Below, piece by piece: positions 9,020 to 19,443 of a stretch of DNA of 64,000 nt. The stretch is from IMG/VR virus record IMGVR_UViG_3300020159_004070, positions 1,465 to 65,464 of that record, one strand, 5' to 3'. The notes under the pieces are model-generated. The model was not told the DNA's origin. It did not search any database and saw only the letters and a program-made list of their open reading frames with translations. The translations under genes and the position numbers were made by a program. The stretch's first letter is position 1. Each line of letters opens with the position of its first letter. Origin of the DNA: a virus (taxonomy: Duplodnaviria; Caudoviricetes).

Positions 9020-10813
9020 ATGGCTGAAATAGAAGAAAAAGAATCTAATTATTGGAGTACTTCCAAAGTTGAACAATTGCTTTTCCGTGTAGAAGAAGAG
9101 GGATTGGACTATAAATCCGTTGATAATCCATTCCATGACGGCGATCCAGAATTAAAACGATCTAATTTACTGTGGGAATATACTAATGAAGAAATTCTGG
9201 AAATAGAAAGGTGTGCAAAAGACGTAGTATACTTTGCAAAATATTGTAGAGTCATGACCGACGACGGTCTGTTTTATGTCCGATTAAGAGATTATCAAGA
9301 GTCTGTTTTAAGAGAATATCAAGCTAATAGGTTCAACATATTCCTAGCTCCACGCCAGGTAGGTAAATCAATCACTTCAGCAATTGTTCTTGTTTGGTAT
9401 TTACTTTTCAATCATGATAAAAACGCAATGATCTTAGCAAACGTAGGATCTACTGCTGAAGAATTGATGGATAAGATTAAGGCGATCGTAAAAGGTCTGC
9501 CTTGGTTCTTAAAACCTGGTATGGTGGTTAATAATGTGATGTCTATGAAGTTTGATAATGGATGTAGAGCAATCGCAAAGACTACGACTAAAACATCAGC
9601 AATTGGTTTTACTATTCACTTTCTTTACATGGATGAGTTTGCACACATTCATCCCAACTTTATAGAATCTTTCTTTAGATCAACTTATCCTACGGTTTCT
9701 TCTTCCAAGGTATCAAGAATTATTATTACTTCCACACCAAATGGAATGAATAAATTCTATGAACTCTATCAAGCAGCTGTTACGGGAGAGAACACGTTTA
9801 ATCCTATTCGTGTTGATTGGTGGCAAGTCCCAGGAAGGGATGAGGTATGGAAAAAGAATGAAATCGCTAACTTGGGATCTGAAGAGTTATTCAACCAAGA
9901 ATATGGAAATCAGTTTCTAAGTTCTTCGACTCTTCTTCTTGGATCGAACGAGCTAAAGAAAATTAAGTCTAATGAGATTGAATATGATTGGCGCGAGATC
10001 GATGCATTAGACGATGTTGGGATTTTTTATGAAAACTTTAGATGGCATCCTAAATTCATTTTAGATGATGAAACGCTGAAGTCCAACAGATTTGTAATAT
10101 CAATAGATTTAGCCGGGGGTGGAAAAGGCGACTATACAGTTATGAATATTTTTAAAGTTGTCCCTTTACCAAAAAAGGTAATAGAGGACCTTGATGATTT
10201 TCAAGACGAATCTGACTTTTTTGGACTCTTACAGGTTGGTATTTATCGGGACAATGAAATAGAAATCGAAGATTTTAAGAAATTATTGGAGAACCTTTTG
10301 CTGAAGGTTTTCAAACCGGATAATGTTAGAGTACTTTTAGAAATCAATTTCAAGGGAGAGTTACTGATAGACAAGCTTTCTTTGAATGATGATATTCCAG
10401 TTGAAACGTTTGTTCATACAAAGCACACCGAATCAGCAAGGACAAGAAAACCTGGTATTAAATACAACGAAAAAAATAAGCTCAAATACTGTGAGATGCT
10501 AAGGTCTTACGTGAGACTAAATCGAATACTTCTAAACGAAAAGTCCTGGACCATACCTGAGCTTTTTTCTTTTGGTCTTAATTCTAGAGGAACCTATTCA
10601 AGCCAAACCGGGCATGATGATGTTGCAATGTCGGTTGTTAATTTGTCTGGTCTATTCGAATCTTCTGATTTCTACGATCTCGTTGGTGAGCTGTATGATG
10701 AACTGGGAGAATCCTACCGTGATTTAATTGACTCCAAACTTAGTGATGGCTCAAGTGGAGACGAAGGCACAAAAGAGGGTGGTTTTTACAGCTCTTTTAG
10801 CCAACTCCTCTAA
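9020..10813 (+). CDS. gp17: Terminase large subunit (T4 gp17-like)
   Basis: LRDYQ, Walker A APRQVGKS, Walker B LYMDEFAH, ITSTPNG, FNQEY, nuclease IDLAGG..GDY and HDDVAM. Confidence 0.95.
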   Translation: MAEIEEKESNYWSTSKVEQLLFRVEEEGLDYKSVDNPFHDGDPELKRSNLLWEYTNEEILEIERCAKDVVYFAKYCRVMTDDGLFYVRLRDYQESVLREYQANRFNIFLAPRQVGKSITSAIVLVWYLLFNHDKNAMILANVGSTAEELMDKIKAIVKGLPWFLKPGMVVNNVMSMKFDNGCRAIAKTTTKTSAIGFTIHFLYMDEFAHIHPNFIESFFRSTYPTVSSSKVSRIIITSTPNGMNKFYELYQAAVTGENTFNPIRVDWWQVPGRDEVWKKNEIANLGSEELFNQEYGNQFLSSSTLLLGSNELKKIKSNEIEYDWREIDALDDVGIFYENFRWHPKFILDDETLKSNRFVISIDLAGGGKGDYTVMNIFKVVPLPKKVIEDLDDFQDESDFFGLLQVGIYRDNEIEIEDFKKLLENLLLKVFKPDNVRVLLEINFKGELLIDKLSLNDDIPVETFVHTKHTESARTRKPGIKYNEKNKLKYCEMLRSYVRLNRILLNEKSWTIPELFSFGLNSRGTYSSQTGHDDVAMSVVNLSGLFESSDFYDLVGELYDELGESYRDLIDSKLSDGSSGDEGTKEGGFYSSFSQLL

Positions 10814-10829
10814 AAAAATAATCAATTCT

Positions 10830-10887
10830 GATATATAGATTTAAAACCAGGTTGCACCTAAAATGCTTCCTTAAGGTATGATATATA
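10830..10887 (+). promoter_or_regulatory. Two tandem late promoters GATATATA (10830, 10880) before the sheath gene
   Basis: Two exact copies in a ~100-nt intergenic region. Confidence 0.7.
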
Positions 10888-10914
10888 CTAGGCAAAAATA
10901 TCACTTGAATAATA

Positions 10915-13900
10915 ATGGCAAAGAAAATCAAACTTGATTTATCCCAATTCAAAGCCTCCGGTGTTTATACATTAGAGTTTGATGCGTCGGAAAACGTAAT
11001 CCTGACATCTCAGACTATCAGACTGGTAGTAGGATTCTCAAATAAAGGACCTTTTAACGCTCCCGTTTACCTACCAGACGTAACAACTGCTATAGCAATT
11101 TTTGGAGACATTGATAAAACTTTGGAAGCGAAGGGATCCTTCTTTCAAAGATCAATCTTCACTTGTTTAGGACAAGGTCCAGTTTTCGGACTTAATCTTA
11201 TGGCGTTGAACGATGATATAGATAGTCCAACCGCGGACGTTGTTAATTACTTTGGCTACTCTGTTGACACTGAGCAATCAAACGGTGTTTTAACCTCTAG
11301 ACTGTATTCATCTTTTTACAACAAAGAAAGATTCTGGTTTGCTGATCCTGACTATTTCTTAGCTACACTTTCTACGGTAGATACTGGAAGACTCTTTAAC
11401 CTTGTTAATTTGGGAAAACAAGCGATGAGCGTTATTGTCAGAAAATCTACGGATGCTGTTCAGCCTCTTCAAGGTTACGATGTTTTTGCTATTGATTGGT
11501 ATGGTGCTGATAACGTACCTCCATTTATGCATCCTTACGATTACATCTCAGATTACTTTATCGATGTAATTTCGGTTTCAGGAAACTGGACTGATTACGA
11601 AACTCTTTCTCTAGATCCTAAATGGAGTGCTTATTTCACGAGAAATGGATTTATTAAAAGCCAAATCAATAATTTCCTATCACAACCGGATGTAAACATT
11701 GTCACTCAAACTACTGGATGTATCATTCCTGATTTTGTTGACTTGAATGGTAACAACCAGTACATCCAAACACTAATAAACAACAATACTCCTTCAACCG
11801 GGTTATTCTGCGCAGTAGACGAGGACGCTATGGATAGCATTTGTACCAATCCATACAAAATCGATCTAGTTGGGCATCACTTAATTGACGAGCTCACTGC
11901 AGATAGGGATATAGTTGATGCAAGATTGAACTTCTTGAGTTATGATCAGAATTTAACAGCTGATTACCTTTACTCACAGAACAGCACAGAAATCGACGAC
12001 AATGGAGTAGGTGCTCAAACAATAAAGACAGGAACATTATTTAGTTTGAGCTCTGCAACTGGAGCGACAGCTGGAGTTCTAGATACCGCCTTCGATGCTT
12101 ATTCAGCATCTCTTACTTATGGTGGATTACATTATATCAAGACAAACTCTGGCGTCACCGGTGCTTCTTTAACATCAGACCAAAAGCTAACACTTGCTTC
12201 TTTTGCAACACCGTCTACTACTGCATCTCCTTATGTCATAGGAAAAGTAGCGGGTCTTACTGGTTTAACTGGAAGTGTTATTAACCAGTTCGCTTCGAAC
12301 GACATTGTAAAACTTAAAATTTCAGGAGCTATTCAATCTGCCGGAGAAGTGATTCTGACTTGGACACACCCATTGGATACTCCGTCATATGCTGCTCAAG
12401 GCGTTACTGTCGTGCCTTATTCTAATTTAGTTGGAGCTACAGCTGGTTACATTGGAACAGGTTATTATCAAATAGCTGCTTCTGATTATTTAGATATCAC
12501 GGACGTTGATCCAGCAACTGGAGCAACTGCGGGTACACCTGATAACGTTCTCACTGGACAGATAAGTACACAATTCTATCAAGATGTATTATTTGAAGAA
12601 TTAGCTAACGGAGATCAGATTTGGTTAAACCAAACCGGAAGTTCTGTAAACTATGTAAGCTATGATCAAACAGTAGACAGGGATCAGTTCAACGTTACCT
12701 ATGCAAGAACTTTCTCTGGAGTTGAAAGGCTAAGCCCTGGACAATTAACAGACTATCCTGCATTTGGTTCAGTTTACGCTTCAGATAACATTGGTTTAAC
12801 TGTATCTGCTGGAAAAACAGATATTGTTTCTTCAGTTGGTTCTATCAACCAATTCATTGACGTTATTACACAAATTGATCCTACGAACTTCACTATTTCT
12901 TCCACCCCAAGTTCACCAATATCGGTGGGAGACCTAATCGTATCTACAGATTTAGATATTTGCGAAACTGTAGGGCAAAATAGACAAAACAGATTAACAA
13001 GAGTAACTGCCGTTGCACAGACAGCTACACAAAATGTTGTAAGGGTAACTACTGCTAGACCTATTTTATTCTACGCCGGAAGTCCTATCCAAGTACAAAA
13101 ATTCCAATCTATTCCTCAGTTCACTCGTTCATTCGACTTCACTTACCTACAAGGGTTCACTATGAGAGATTCTCACAGACCTAATGGTACTGACGTAAGA
13201 GTTTCTGAGATACTAGATGTAATGTATAACACAAATATTGCAGCCACATTAGCAGCTAAGGATGTTATTTCATTCCGATACATTGTCGATACATTCAGTG
13301 GACAAATCCTACCTAACTCAAAATACCAATTGAGTAAGTTGGCTATGATGAGACAAAAGGCTTTGGCTTTAATCAATGCTCCTTCGATGGCACAGTTTAG
13401 AGCATCCACTGATCCTAGATTTACAGATGCACCTACACAGGTTAATCCTTATCCTTCTTTGAAGGCTCAGTACATTTCAGAAGGAGGTAACCTATCACTG
13501 AACCCAACTTACACATTCAGTCTTCCAACAGAAGACCAAGGATCTAAGTTCGCAGCTTATTATACACCTTTTATAACTATCAGGGAAAATAATAAGAATG
13601 TAAACGTTCCACCAGCAGCATATGTTTCCAATAACTTTGTAAGAAAATTTGCAAACGGAGAACCTTACAGTATTATCGCCGGGCAGAAGAGAGGGGTAAT
13701 TTCCGGACAAAACGTAGTTGGTGTTGAATACGACTTCACTGATCAGGACAGAGGATGGTTAGAACCTGTAGGATTAAACCCGATCATCAAAAGAAGAAAT
13801 TTGGGTGTCGTTATCTTTGGTAACCAAACAGCTTACCAAACGGTTAACTCCGCCTTCAACCTTGTACACGTTAGAGATCTATTGATCAGCGTAGAAAACG

Positions 13901-14193
13901 ACGTTGAAGAAATCATGGCTAACTACCTATTCGACTTTAACGAGGATTCAATCAGGCTTGAAATTAAAACTTTGGTTGATAACTATCTTGATGGTGTAAG
14001 AGCAGGTGGAGGTATCTATGCTTACCAAGTAATCATGGATTCATCTAACAACCCTCCTTCAATTATCGATCAGAATATCGGAATCATCGATGTAATAATC
14101 GAACCAGCAAGAGGTATCCAAAAATTCATCAACAGAATTACAGTTACTAGAACTGGAGGTATCGCAGCTGGTGGATTTATACAGTTTGTATAA
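10915..14193 (+). CDS. gp18: Contractile tail sheath protein (gp18-like)
   Basis: N-terminal SGVYTLEFD and VGFSNKGPFNAP; C-terminal VPPAAYV, GLNPII, VIFGNQT, VHVRDLL, FDFNE and IEPARGIQKF. Confidence 0.93.
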   Translation: MAKKIKLDLSQFKASGVYTLEFDASENVILTSQTIRLVVGFSNKGPFNAPVYLPDVTTAIAIFGDIDKTLEAKGSFFQRSIFTCLGQGPVFGLNLMALNDDIDSPTADVVNYFGYSVDTEQSNGVLTSRLYSSFYNKERFWFADPDYFLATLSTVDTGRLFNLVNLGKQAMSVIVRKSTDAVQPLQGYDVFAIDWYGADNVPPFMHPYDYISDYFIDVISVSGNWTDYETLSLDPKWSAYFTRNGFIKSQINNFLSQPDVNIVTQTTGCIIPDFVDLNGNNQYIQTLINNNTPSTGLFCAVDEDAMDSICTNPYKIDLVGHHLIDELTADRDIVDARLNFLSYDQNLTADYLYSQNSTEIDDNGVGAQTIKTGTLFSLSSATGATAGVLDTAFDAYSASLTYGGLHYIKTNSGVTGASLTSDQKLTLASFATPSTTASPYVIGKVAGLTGLTGSVINQFASNDIVKLKISGAIQSAGEVILTWTHPLDTPSYAAQGVTVVPYSNLVGATAGYIGTGYYQIAASDYLDITDVDPATGATAGTPDNVLTGQISTQFYQDVLFEELANGDQIWLNQTGSSVNYVSYDQTVDRDQFNVTYARTFSGVERLSPGQLTDYPAFGSVYASDNIGLTVSAGKTDIVSSVGSINQFIDVITQIDPTNFTISSTPSSPISVGDLIVSTDLDICETVGQNRQNRLTRVTAVAQTATQNVVRVTTARPILFYAGSPIQVQKFQSIPQFTRSFDFTYLQGFTMRDSHRPNGTDVRVSEILDVMYNTNIAATLAAKDVISFRYIVDTFSGQILPNSKYQLSKLAMMRQKALALINAPSMAQFRASTDPRFTDAPTQVNPYPSLKAQYISEGGNLSLNPTYTFSLPTEDQGSKFAAYYTPFITIRENNKNVNVPPAAYVSNNFVRKFANGEPYSIIAGQKRGVISGQNVVGVEYDFTDQDRGWLEPVGLNPIIKRRNLGVVIFGNQTAYQTVNSAFNLVHVRDLLISVENDVEEIMANYLFDFNEDSIRLEIKTLVDNYLDGVRAGGGIYAYQVIMDSSNNPPSIIDQNIGIIDVIIEPARGIQKFINRITVTRTGGIAAGGFIQFV

Positions 14194-14243
14194 TTGAATG
14201 AAAATCTACTTTGAAGATAAATAAAAAAAAGATCTTGGAATAA

Positions 14244-14798
14244 ATGGCTGGTTTACCACACTATCAAAATTCTCTAAGTGCAGTAAATAGGTTTGAACCC
14301 GTTTACCTCAACCAATTTGAGGTGAATGTTATCCCTCCTGGACCTGTTGCTGGAGGACCAATTCTGCTTGAGCATGTAATTTCTGTTGGTGGACTTGATG
14401 TAGATAAGAATCCTAGTTTTGTTGCTCAGAAATACAAATTCGCTAAGAGAAACTATGCTGGGGGTAAACCCGATACTACTACATTAGATTTGGCACTCAA
14501 GTTCAGTGTGAACTTGGATGATGCCAATTCGATGTATGTTTTTAAAACTTTGCGTCAGTGGACGGATTTAATTTACAATCCTCTTACAGGTGCTCAGGGA
14601 ATAAAAGCAGATTATGTTGGAACAATTATAATCTCGGTATTCAATAAGAACGGAGACGTATTCAGAAGAATTACCCTTAGAGATTGCTTCCCACTCAAAG
14701 CTATTGATCCGATGGAACTTGAATACACCAACGGTACCACCTTATATGAAATTAACATGACATGGGCGGTAGATTATTGGGAAGATTTATTCTTATAA
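14244..14798 (+). CDS. gp19: Tail tube protein 1 (gp19-like)
   Basis: Follows the sheath; EPVYLNQFEV, LRQWTDLIYNPLTG, DCFP and WAVDYW. Confidence 0.85.
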   Translation: MAGLPHYQNSLSAVNRFEPVYLNQFEVNVIPPGPVAGGPILLEHVISVGGLDVDKNPSFVAQKYKFAKRNYAGGKPDTTTLDLALKFSVNLDDANSMYVFKTLRQWTDLIYNPLTGAQGIKADYVGTIIISVFNKNGDVFRRITLRDCFPLKAIDPMELEYTNGTTLYEINMTWAVDYWEDLFL

Positions 14799-14813
14799 AA
14801 TAAAAGGAAATAA

Positions 14814-15392
14814 ATGGCAGGTTTACCTCATTTCAATAATTCAAAAGCAGCAAGAAACAACTACGAACCGGTTTTCTTAAACCAGTTTGAGGTTCTTATT
14901 ACTCCACCGCCAGCAGTAACTTTGGCTAACACAACTTTCAACGGGGAGAATATTCTGACTCAACAAGTTAAGAACATTTCAGCATTGCAGGTCGATATTC
15001 AACCATCAGACGCTGTTACACAATATTACAAGTTTGCTGAAAGGAGATATGCAGGGGGAGAACCTTCTACATCGGACGTTCAGTTCACAATGAGTTTTGA
15101 GGTTAACCTTAATGAGGCCAATTCGATGGCTATCTACAAGATTCTTAGACAATGGTCGGACTTAATTTACAATCCACTAACAGGTGCTATGGGATTAAAA
15201 AGAGATTATGTTGGTTCGATGGTGGTTTCTGTATTTAATAAGCAAGGTGATGTTTTCAGAAGAATCACCTTGAACAATTGTTTCTTGGTAGAAGCTATAA
15301 ATGCTATGGACTTGTCCTATGACTCAGGAGACGCTCTTTATACAATAGATACGACCTGGAAGTCAGATTACTGGAGAGATCTATTCTTATAA
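14814..15392 (+). CDS. gp19: Tail tube protein 2 (gp19-like paralogue)
   Basis: Clear paralogue of 14244-14798 (MAGLPH.., EPV.LNQFEV, LRQW.DLIYNPLTG, DVFRRITL). Confidence 0.85.
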   Translation: MAGLPHFNNSKAARNNYEPVFLNQFEVLITPPPAVTLANTTFNGENILTQQVKNISALQVDIQPSDAVTQYYKFAERRYAGGEPSTSDVQFTMSFEVNLNEANSMAIYKILRQWSDLIYNPLTGAMGLKRDYVGSMVVSVFNKQGDVFRRITLNNCFLVEAINAMDLSYDSGDALYTIDTTWKSDYWRDLFL

Positions 15393-15466
15393 TCGGAACT
15401 TTAACTTTTTACTTTTCTATAATTTCTTGGTTTTACCTATTGTTGGTATATAAAGAAAAATGAACC

Positions 15467-16522
15467 ATGCCAGAAAATTATAATCTATCTCCTGAAGAGA
15501 TATTAAGGGAAAAAGAAATTCAAGGTGGCATCAGATATGACGATCCGAGTGATCTGAGTTTAGAGCCTGAGGTTTTAACGAACGTTTATTCTGATCAACC
15601 ACAGCAAACCCCACAAATTCAAGAAGAGGAAAAACCAAAGGAAACTATTCCTGCTCAGCCAGAATTTAAAGAACAAGCTCCTATGGATCTAGGTTGGAAA
15701 AACCTTCCCCTTGGAATGCTTCCTTCTAAAGGTCTGTTTTACCCAGAAAACTCTAGGATCGCAATCAGAGCAGCTGAGGTAAAGGAGATTAGACAATACT
15801 CAATGATCGATGAAGATGATATGCTTGACATCGACTCCAAACTAAATTACGTTCTAGATTCCTGTTGTACAATTAAATTTGGAGATACAGGATCGGTGGT
15901 TTCCTATAAGGATCTTAAGCAAGAAGATAGATTCTTCGTTATTATGGCTATTCGGGATTTGACATTTGTCAAAGGGGAAAATCGAATTATTCTTGATGGT
16001 ACCCGTTCCTGCTCAACTAAAGGCTGCAATGGTATGGAAGCGATAGAGCTTCGAACCGGTGTACTGAGCAACTATGATTTGGATGAGAATTTAATGAAAT
16101 ATTATTCATTCAAGGAAAGAAAATTTGTGTTCCCGATCAGACGAATAGGTAAGACTGTTAAAATGACAGTCCCATCTATTGGGGTTACCAGGGCAATTTC
16201 TGATTTTGTCAAGAATGCGGTAAGAAGAGGCGAAGAGGTAGACCAGAGTTTTATCAAAATTGCTCCTTTTTACTTTGAAGACTGGAGAGGTTTAGACGAA
16301 TTCAAGATAAGAGAGGCAATGATTAGTTCTTCTGAACAATGGACCAAGGAGGAATTCTCAGTTTATTTTGAGCTAGCTGACAAGATTAAAGTAGGTACAA
16401 AACTTAAAGCACGCTTGAAGTGTGATTCATGCGGTGAAGGGGAGGTCACCGCTCCAATTACCTTTCCCTCCGGGTTCAGATCTCTTTTCGTTATTTCAGA
16501 TATCTTTAGAGAATTATTTTGA
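15467..16522 (+). CDS. Baseplate hub / tail assembly protein (gp26-like)
   Basis: LPSKGLFYP, IRAAEVKEI, DRFFVIMAIR and two Cys pairs (CSTKGC, CDSC); lies between the tubes and a tape-measure-like gene. Confidence 0.65.
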   Translation: MPENYNLSPEEILREKEIQGGIRYDDPSDLSLEPEVLTNVYSDQPQQTPQIQEEEKPKETIPAQPEFKEQAPMDLGWKNLPLGMLPSKGLFYPENSRIAIRAAEVKEIRQYSMIDEDDMLDIDSKLNYVLDSCCTIKFGDTGSVVSYKDLKQEDRFFVIMAIRDLTFVKGENRIILDGTRSCSTKGCNGMEAIELRTGVLSNYDLDENLMKYYSFKERKFVFPIRRIGKTVKMTVPSIGVTRAISDFVKNAVRRGEEVDQSFIKIAPFYFEDWRGLDEFKIREAMISSSEQWTKEEFSVYFELADKIKVGTKLKARLKCDSCGEGEVTAPITFPSGFRSLFVISDIFRELF

Positions 16523-16694
16523 TATCAAGTTTAGACTTTGGAAAGAACACCAGGTAAATCCAGAGTGGCTTGAATCTATCCCATTTTACGAGTATCAAAT
16601 CTGGCTGGATAAGCTTAACGACGCAGTCGAGAAGGAGAATAAGAAGAGAATTGCTGAAAGTGGACAAGTTGAGGTCTTTAGCTTCAGTAAGTGA
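16422..16694 (+). CDS. gp51-like baseplate hub assembly protein; start uncertain, possibly reached by +1 frameshift
   Basis: SLENYF..LWKEH....LESIPFYEYQIWL..L...EKEN resembles T4-like gp51. No in-frame ATG. Confidence 0.55.
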   Translation: MIHAVKGRSPLQLPFPPGSDLFSLFQISLENYFDIKFRLWKEHQVNPEWLESIPFYEYQIWLDKLNDAVEKENKKRIAESGQVEVFSFSK

Positions 16695-16740
16695 TCTCTG
16701 CGGTAGAGGATATATAATTTGAAAATCACCCTTCTGAATA

Positions 16741-18153
16741 ATGGCTAATGATACCGGCAAACTTCTAAAAGAAATCTCGAGTCTTTCTAGTAACATGGAT
16801 ATACTTTTCCAAGAACTGAAGGAGCAGAGTAAAACAAATTTGGAAGCATCTAAAGGGCTGAAGGATCTTGCTACAAGTTTAAAGGATTCAAATAAGGGTG
16901 GAGGAAACGTGGAGCAAACATTCAAAAGCTTCACAGAGTCATTCAGTAAAACATTTTCGGATCAGAATAATAAGCTCATCTCATCTCTAACCGAGAAGAT
17001 GACCCAATCCTTCACTGGATCTGTGTCGGATTTTTTATCGAATGTCCCAAACCAAATTGCTCAAGTTAAATCTGGTAACTCTCCGGATTTCAAAAATTTG
17101 TTGGGTGGTGATACAATAAAAGGCTTGGTTGGAAAAGCATCACAGAAAATACCAGGACTTGCAGACGGGGGAACAGTAGAAAAAAACGGATTAGCAGTAG
17201 TTGGCGAAAAAGGGCCGGAGCTCGTTGAATTAAAAGCGGGATCTACTGTTAAAACCAGTGCCGAAGATGCTTTAATGGATTCTTTGCTGACAAGCAAAAG
17301 CGGTGTGGGAGTAACAGATTCAGATTATGATGTGGAAACTTTCATGAAACTCAGAAAAGCGGTCAAAGAACTCAGCCCGACCGAACCCGATAGTTTTGTA
17401 AGCGCATTCATAAAATATGCTCAAACCGAATTAGATCCATCTGAATTACCCGAATTTTTATCCGATCCAGATTATCTGAAAGACGAGTTAAGTTATTTTA
17501 ATGATAGTGATGCAAGAGAAAGATATGAGTATAAAGACTACGGTACCCCGATCAATACACAAGAAATAAAGAAAGTACAACCACCACCAGCAGTCACTGT
17601 TGAGGCAAGCACTCCTAAACTTGAAGAAGTTGTAACTTCATCCCCAGCACCCACGCCAGAAAAACCTGCAGAACAAGTGAAGGCTGCACCAACTTTAAAG
17701 GATCTCACATCCAGTAACCTTTCTGCAGCTTCTGCTCTTGAATCTTATAAACAACAACTTTTGAGTAAACTACCGGAGGACAAAAGGAAAGAATTGGAAG
17801 CCTCTGTCGAAGCAAAAAAAGCATCATTGGTCAAGGAACAGAATACTTTGAAAGAGAAAGCTCCTGAACAAAAACCGTCAACGCCTGCACCCACACCTGC
17901 ACCCACACCTACCCCAGCAAAAGTTGAGGAACCATCCAAAACACCAAGTTCTGATCTCAAGTCCCAAATTGCTTCGCAATTTAATGATGTGAAGACACAG
18001 ATGTCTCAAGCAACTGGAATGGGTGGAGCAGGAATACCTACTAAAGATCTCAATGAGATTAAGGCTTTGCTAGCTTCAATCTATGGTGCTTTAAAAGCCC
18101 CTCTAACAGTTTCCTCTGATTTTCCATTCCGTCCCAACTCGAACAATTTTTGA
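16741..18153 (+). CDS. Tape-measure-like / baseplate hub protein
   Basis: GLADGGTV....AVVGEKGPELV motif common in tape-measure proteins; coiled-coil and Pro/Thr linker; position after gp26/gp51. Confidence 0.5.
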   Translation: MANDTGKLLKEISSLSSNMDILFQELKEQSKTNLEASKGLKDLATSLKDSNKGGGNVEQTFKSFTESFSKTFSDQNNKLISSLTEKMTQSFTGSVSDFLSNVPNQIAQVKSGNSPDFKNLLGGDTIKGLVGKASQKIPGLADGGTVEKNGLAVVGEKGPELVELKAGSTVKTSAEDALMDSLLTSKSGVGVTDSDYDVETFMKLRKAVKELSPTEPDSFVSAFIKYAQTELDPSELPEFLSDPDYLKDELSYFNDSDARERYEYKDYGTPINTQEIKKVQPPPAVTVEASTPKLEEVVTSSPAPTPEKPAEQVKAAPTLKDLTSSNLSAASALESYKQQLLSKLPEDKRKELEASVEAKKASLVKEQNTLKEKAPEQKPSTPAPTPAPTPTPAKVEEPSKTPSSDLKSQIASQFNDVKTQMSQATGMGGAGIPTKDLNEIKALLASIYGALKAPLTVSSDFPFRPNSNNF

Positions 18154-18194
18154 AATTGTTCATAATTTATTTTTTTCTGAACGCTAGGAAATAG

Positions 18195-18202
18195 TATATT
18201 TG
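18195..18202 (+). promoter_or_regulatory. Bacteroidota-type housekeeping promoter -7 element TATATTTG (dCMP deaminase / ECF sigma operon)
   Basis: Matches TAnnTTTG; analogous elements at 32503 and 38957. Confidence 0.55.
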
Positions 18203-18228
18203 TTTCCGTAGTTTACAAATAATACCCT

Positions 18229-18795
18229 ATGACACTAAATTTACCATCTTTGCTGAACTCTGAAGCTTTTTTTGAAAGCGGTAGTGTTCTTAACAATTTT
18301 TGGATAGCTAAACCAAAAATCAACTCAGTTGCTCTTTGTGAAAATTCTTTTGATGAAATAGACGAAACCTTTTACATTCCTAAGGATAGGAAAATGGATC
18401 TTGTCTATCTTCGGATGGCTGAAGTTTGGGGGACAAACTCGCATTGCAATAGAATGAAGGTAGGGAGTTTAATAGTTAAGGATAAATCAATTATCTCTGA
18501 TGGCTATAACGGCTCCCCTACTGGATTCTCAAATGACTGCGAGGATGAAGAGAATACAACACTCTCGTATGTACTTCACGCAGAAGCGAACGCGATTACT
18601 AAATTGGCGAAAAGCACCCAAAGTTCGGACGGATCAACTTTATATGTTACGGTTTCTCCTTGCTTCGAATGCTCTAAATTAATCATACAGAGCGGGATTA
18701 AAAGATTGGTCTTTAGAGACTTATACCGAAAGGTAGAATCTTTAGAATTCTTATTCAAGGCTGGAATAGAAATCGTAAGAATTGGGAATAATTAG
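18229..18795 (+). CDS. dCMP deaminase
   Basis: SHCNRMKVG, GYNG, HAEANAI and SPCFEC zinc motifs. Confidence 0.92.
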   Translation: MTLNLPSLLNSEAFFESGSVLNNFWIAKPKINSVALCENSFDEIDETFYIPKDRKMDLVYLRMAEVWGTNSHCNRMKVGSLIVKDKSIISDGYNGSPTGFSNDCEDEENTTLSYVLHAEANAITKLAKSTQSSDGSTLYVTVSPCFECSKLIIQSGIKRLVFRDLYRKVESLEFLFKAGIEIVRIGNN

Positions 18796-18822
18796 AAATT
18801 AAAAGGGAATTTAGGGAATCAA

Positions 18823-19443
18823 ATGGCAAAGGAAAAAAACATTCAAGTTCTGGCAGAGAACTTCATCAAAACAAGGAACGAAAGGGAATTCAATCCTCTA
18901 TATGAAAGAGTAAGACCTGGAGTTTTAAATCATTGTTACACAATACTTAAAGATTTCGAATTAGCAGAAGATGCTTTTTCGAATGCAATGTCTAAGGTTT
19001 ATCTGAAGATAGATCAATATGATAGCGATCGTGGAAATTTCTCCACCTGGTGTTATAATATTGCAAGAAACGAATCTTTGCTATTACTTAAAAGCAGGAA
19101 GAGATACGTCACCCAAAGCGCTGAAGAAATGGAATTCACTTCAGCAAAGTCTGAAGAAAAGAACCCATCATATGATATTGAGGGAGATCCACTTTGGGAA
19201 TTTCTTTGTGGTGGATCAGATATAGACGATGTTTATGAGCAGGTCATAGACGAGATCAAAGATCTACCTGAGCTCTATCGTGAAATTATGATAGATAGAG
19301 AGATTAATGGAATGAAATACAAAGACATAGCCGACAAATACGGAATTAAGAAACGTTCTATAGCAACCCGAATCAGGAGGGCCAGAACTAAAATTCGTAA
19401 GAAAATGGAGGATGCTCTTGGAAAATCAAAATTTGATAACTAA
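18823..19443 (+). CDS. RNA polymerase sigma-70 family, ECF-type sigma factor
   Basis: Region 2 (AEDAF..FSTWCYNIARN) and region 4 (LPELYREI..GMKYKDIA..IATRIRRAR). Confidence 0.9.
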   Translation: MAKEKNIQVLAENFIKTRNEREFNPLYERVRPGVLNHCYTILKDFELAEDAFSNAMSKVYLKIDQYDSDRGNFSTWCYNIARNESLLLLKSRKRYVTQSAEEMEFTSAKSEEKNPSYDIEGDPLWEFLCGGSDIDDVYEQVIDEIKDLPELYREIMIDREINGMKYKDIADKYGIKKRSIATRIRRARTKIRKKMEDALGKSKFDN

